From Massalongia carnosa (Eukaryota): DNA of 64,000 nt. The notes under the pieces were generated by a model. The model made no database searches. It was not told where the DNA came from and was given only the letters and a program-made list of their open reading frames with translations. The stretch lies in contig OZ287071.1 of the NCBI GenBank assembly GCA_965645245.1, positions 2,790,001 to 2,854,000 of the forward strand. The letters run 5' to 3'. Shown piece after piece: positions 60,101-64,000 of this stretch. The stretch's first letter is position 1; each line of letters opens with the position of its first letter. The position numbers were made by a program, and so were the translations under genes.

Positions 60101-62592
60101 GACGCATCTATTACCTCCTTCCAGAGATTTGATGGTAACTTAGCTCCTATTGACATCGCCCTCGCCTTCGTCACTATCACACCCCCTGAACGTTCCGCTA
60201 CACCATTTTGTGCTGCAGTTCTAGGAGCGGAAGGTTCGAATTCTATCCCTACCGATGACAACCACTTGTTGGTACGCTTTCTATTCAACTCCAAATCTGA
60301 CCGTATCCTTTCTATCAGTAGGTTCCGTTGCTTGCACCACGCCATTAGGTCTTTGAGAATATTGAGGGTTTCTGACTCCTCTCCGTGTGTTGACATGAAA
60401 TAAGGTATGACTAATCCAGTATATTTGTCTGTGATAAACATTATTCGTATAAAACCATCCATGGCCTTATCGAAATCCGTCCAATCTATGTGCAGTTCCT
60501 GGAATGGCCTCGTTACTTTTCTATTTCCTGGCCGACGTGATATTTGTCTATGCATCTTTGCCAGACTACACGCCTCACACTGAGTGGTCGATGGCCCTAA
60601 TAGTGTAACACCTAATGAGTTCTCTCCTAGTTTGTGAAGGCTTATTGGTCCAGGATGTCCCATACGACAATGCCAGATGAAGGCATCTCCCTTTGAGGAG
60701 GATCTAGGTTTTCCTGAACGACGACGATGTATTGGAGTTATTAGCAATGCGGCCTTACTAGATGAATCTGACCTTTGGAATGCAGGAAGTTCGTCAACTT
60801 GATGAATCAGACAAATTGTCCTTCGTCCTTTATTAGTCTTCTTGTATAGAACATTCCTTTCCGTGTCCCAGTATATATCTCTCTTTCTTAGTTGTTGAAA
60901 CGACACTAGATTTACCACGAAGTCCACACAATATGCCACGTTCGATAGTCTCATCACCCCCTCAGATTTATCTTCTCGGAGTATAGGTATTCTGACACTA
61001 CCGTAACCAAGGATTGGAATCCTTGATGATCCGGCTTGTATGTATATGATCTTTGATGCTTTAGTGAAGTTCTGGAAACGAGCTATGTCATTGAAGACAT
61101 GTATGGAGGCTCCGGAATCTAGGATGTCGTCAGGCCATGAAGAAGGAAGTGATGTTTCGGATTGATGATTTAGAAGGAATGCAGCGTCTATTGATTCATC
61201 TTGATTCTGATGATCCACCGACGTTGATTCGTGAAGATCTTGGTGGTCCACCAACGATATTTGCTATGGTGGAATCTCCTCAACCTTCTTTTTATCCTTC
61301 CTTATCCTTTCGACTTCTTTTTTTAACTTCCTGTCCTTATCCACTCTATTGTTTACCTCTTTAGTTTTCCTTTTCCCTCGAGTGTAGTCATCTGGTTTCC
61401 CTTCTGGGAATATAAACCAACAGTTCTCGAGATCATGGCCTGGTCTTTCACACGCAGGGCATATCTTATCGTGCCTTTTCCCTCCACGGTGAGATTGTCC
61501 AGTTGTATTTGCCCTCTTTCTCTAAGTGGCTGTATTGGCTACTTCTTCTAGTAGGCCATCTTCGTCTTCGTCGTCCACTAACGTCTGGAACGCGGCTCCC
61601 CGGACCGTCTGCTTCACTCCATCTCTCAAGTATTCTCGGATTTCTCGTAGGACTTCTGGATATTGCGATATGTCATTTCTTGCGGCGTCGTTGCCTCTGG
61701 ATCGAAGTGCATAGGATAGTTCTGGTGCGTGTGGTTTCATCCACGACGACATATTTCCAAGCTATATTCCGTGCTTGAGCTCCGACAAATCGTGTTGTCG
61801 GGCCTTGGCTACTACCTTCTCCCACTTATCCAACCAGTCTAGTGGTTTCGCCTTCATCCTAAGCAACTTATCATATTTCTCCTTCGCCAACGCCATGGAA
61901 TGTCCCGTCGGAGGTGCCATAAGGTTTCGTAAGATAATGAGACACTCCTTTACTGACATACTCGCTTTCAGGCTCGTTCGGTTTGTGATCGGAACTATTT
62001 CTACCATGTGTTTTCTTATCGTCGTCAACGAGGTTTATTGTCTTATATAGTCTTTCTGATCCGACTCGTAATGTTTTCTTGCATTATCGAACATTCGCTG
62101 ATTTGCGGCTGAGAGTTTTTTGTATAGTGTCTCTCCTTGTACTATGTCTGCTACTACCGGCTTGTAGGGAGCTGCCGCAGGAAGAACAGTAGGTTGGTCT
62201 GGATCTGCCATATTCCAAAACTCGTTAACTGATATCGTTTTCAATTCATTATACCACGTCTCCCAATCCTCTGATGTCTCGAGGATTGTCCTCATCGTTT
62301 TGGATTCTGCTGCCATTTTCGCGATTGCTGTCTCGTTGAATTTAAGAATCTAATGCTCTTGACGATTTGCGGTGTCTTTACGACTATCCGGGCTCATAAC
62401 TGTCAAATATATAAGGGTCAAAAGGCATAATCAGGGAATTGGGTAGATGTTGATTGTATTGTGGAGGATGTGGAAAAGTGGGAATCTATCTAAGGGGGAG
62501 GGCCACGTGTCTAGTCGGGCCGGAATAACCCTTCGGATATATCATCCTGAGTTACCACTGATGTTTAGGATTAGTTATCCTATAATTTGACA
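57189..62592 (-). mobile_element. Decayed full-length Ty1/copia
   Basis: LTRs 57189-57381 and 62401-62592 with a few differences; PBS GTTATGAGCCCGG; LDSGAS, WHCRMGH, NGVAER, YVDD, RHVDI; many stops; flanks ACAGA/AAATC do not match. Confidence 0.93.
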
Positions 62593-62802
62593 AAATCTCT
62601 CATCTAGGGTGAAGGTAAAACATTCGAAAGAAGGGGCTGGCTCAGGTATAAAATAAGGACATATCCAGTAGATAGCTGACTCCTCGTCCGACGTCTTGTA
62701 TAGCAAACCACCTCCTAGCTATAGCCTCATTAATAAAAACATCTTGATCATCCAATCCAATTCCTAGGAACATTAGTTCAATTTCCGACCCAGTCCTTGA
62801 CA

Positions 62803-63140
62803 CTGCTCGAAGACGATCAGGCATTGTCGCTACCTTTTCGTTTATAAATCTCTGTGGAAAAAGACTCCATTCCTCGTAAATAAACTCCTTAGTGGTGCCG
62901 TCGTCCCAATGAGGACATTTACGAAGATGTTGTTTTGAAGGTTGCCAGCAATTCTCAATAGGTGCTAAATCGGGAAATGAAGACAATTGAAGGAGTTATT
63001 TAAGTTGTTTGTCTCCTTCCAGGTGCGTACGATGTTTGATTTGCCTGGTCCATGACCGGAATCACCAATATCTTCCAAAACGAACTTCTGACCTGATTTT
63101 AACCATGGAAGAATGACTAAGTCGAGAATTTGTTCAATGT
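62803..63140 (-). pseudogene. Tc1-like transposase C-terminal fragment
   Basis: FVLE..DSGHG, PDLAPIENCW, MPDRLRAV; bounded by TGACA at 62802 and TGTCAC at 63141, both LTR-like termini. Confidence 0.75.
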
Positions 63141-63602
63141 TGTCACGGTTTTACTCGACACTACTTTCGGCACCAGACTATCGACCTAGCTACTTCGGAT
63201 CTAACTCTCTAGCTCGAGTTTAGGCTGACATAAGCGGAACAAGCCGCGGTTGAGTTGGTTGAGGAATAGTGGCCGCTGGACTATATAGAGGCGAGATTTT
63301 GTATACATGGTTCTTGATTTGGAGGTCTCCTGCTACCAAAAAAATTAAGCGAATATGAAATTCGCTTAAAAGAGACCTCTCCTGCACGCGAGATTAATCG
63401 AAGAACTTTTAAATAAGCGAACCTCATATAAAAATAACCGAATTCTGAGATGATGTGTAACGTAATAAGTAATCATGTTTATGATATGCAGAATTATACG
63501 CTGAATCCAAATCTGAAAGAATTTTAATAATCGAACAAGAAACGACATAGTAATTGCCGATTACAATAAAGTTTACCTTTAAATTTTCAGCTTCAAATGT
63601 TA

Positions 63603-63631
63603 ATGCTTCCCTCGGGACCCGAGGGAAGCAT
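63603..63631. repeat. Perfect inverted repeat, 14-bp arms, 1-nt loop
   Basis: ATGCTTCCCTCGGG-A-CCCGAGGGAAGCAT. Confidence 0.9.
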
Positions 63632-64000
63632 CACTTGATATCGAAGTTCTTTGAGAGCGAAACACTACGTTCCGACCTCTTCTATCTTCCTGCTTCTTCG
63701 TGAAAGTGAAGCTGAGCCAGCTGCGCGATGCGATCAAAGTAACTCTATACGCCGCCGACTTAACGGAACACGATCGTATTCATCAGGTAACTACTCTGTA
63801 CATATAATCGTTTTCTTGTTCTTGGAAAAGCTTCGTCTCACGCCGGCACAGGACCTGCTCGCATTGGAAGAATTGCACGAACGCCGTGCCACTCATCCCT
63901 CCAGTCTTGTCATCATGACCGACTGGTTTCGAAGCCTCACTTCAATCATTGAGATTCGAATAACTCCCCGACCCAATGATAGCGGAAACTATTCGCGACG

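Noticed and set aside
1..64000. tRNA, rRNA or snRNA genes
   Set aside because: None recognised by eye; the CTCATAAC matches are primer-binding sites. A covariance-model scan was not possible.

Overview
Eukaryotic DNA, almost certainly a filamentous ascomycete (GT-AG introns with CTRAY-like branch sites, fungal TE families, fungal NLR genes). About 90% of the window is a nested stack of transposons. In order: (1) a solo LTR split by an 11.9-kb AcademH-like DNA transposon (RecQ-type helicase plus convergent DUF6589-like transposase, 95-bp TIRs), itself interrupted by an intact chromoviral Ty3/gypsy; (2) a pogo fragment and a deleted gypsy; (3) a Tc1 (DD34E) element with ~200-bp TIRs and a second, unexplained convergent gene; (4) a patatin-NB-ARC-TPR NLR gene with one nonsense codon and hypervariable 126-bp repeats; (5) a second copy of the same LTR, again cut by an Academ TIR, followed by a NACHT gene fragment whose intron holds an intact copia; (6) a decayed copia containing a solo LTR, a gypsy and a pogo; (7) a copia containing an LTR element with mismatched ends, which holds an apparently intact Ngaro-type tyrosine-recombinase retrotransposon; (8) another decayed copia and a Tc1 fragment. 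The best leads are the Academ family meeting the same LTR family twice, the two-gene Tc1, and possible NLR capture behind the second Academ TIR. Family names come from motif recognition by eye; no database searches were run.
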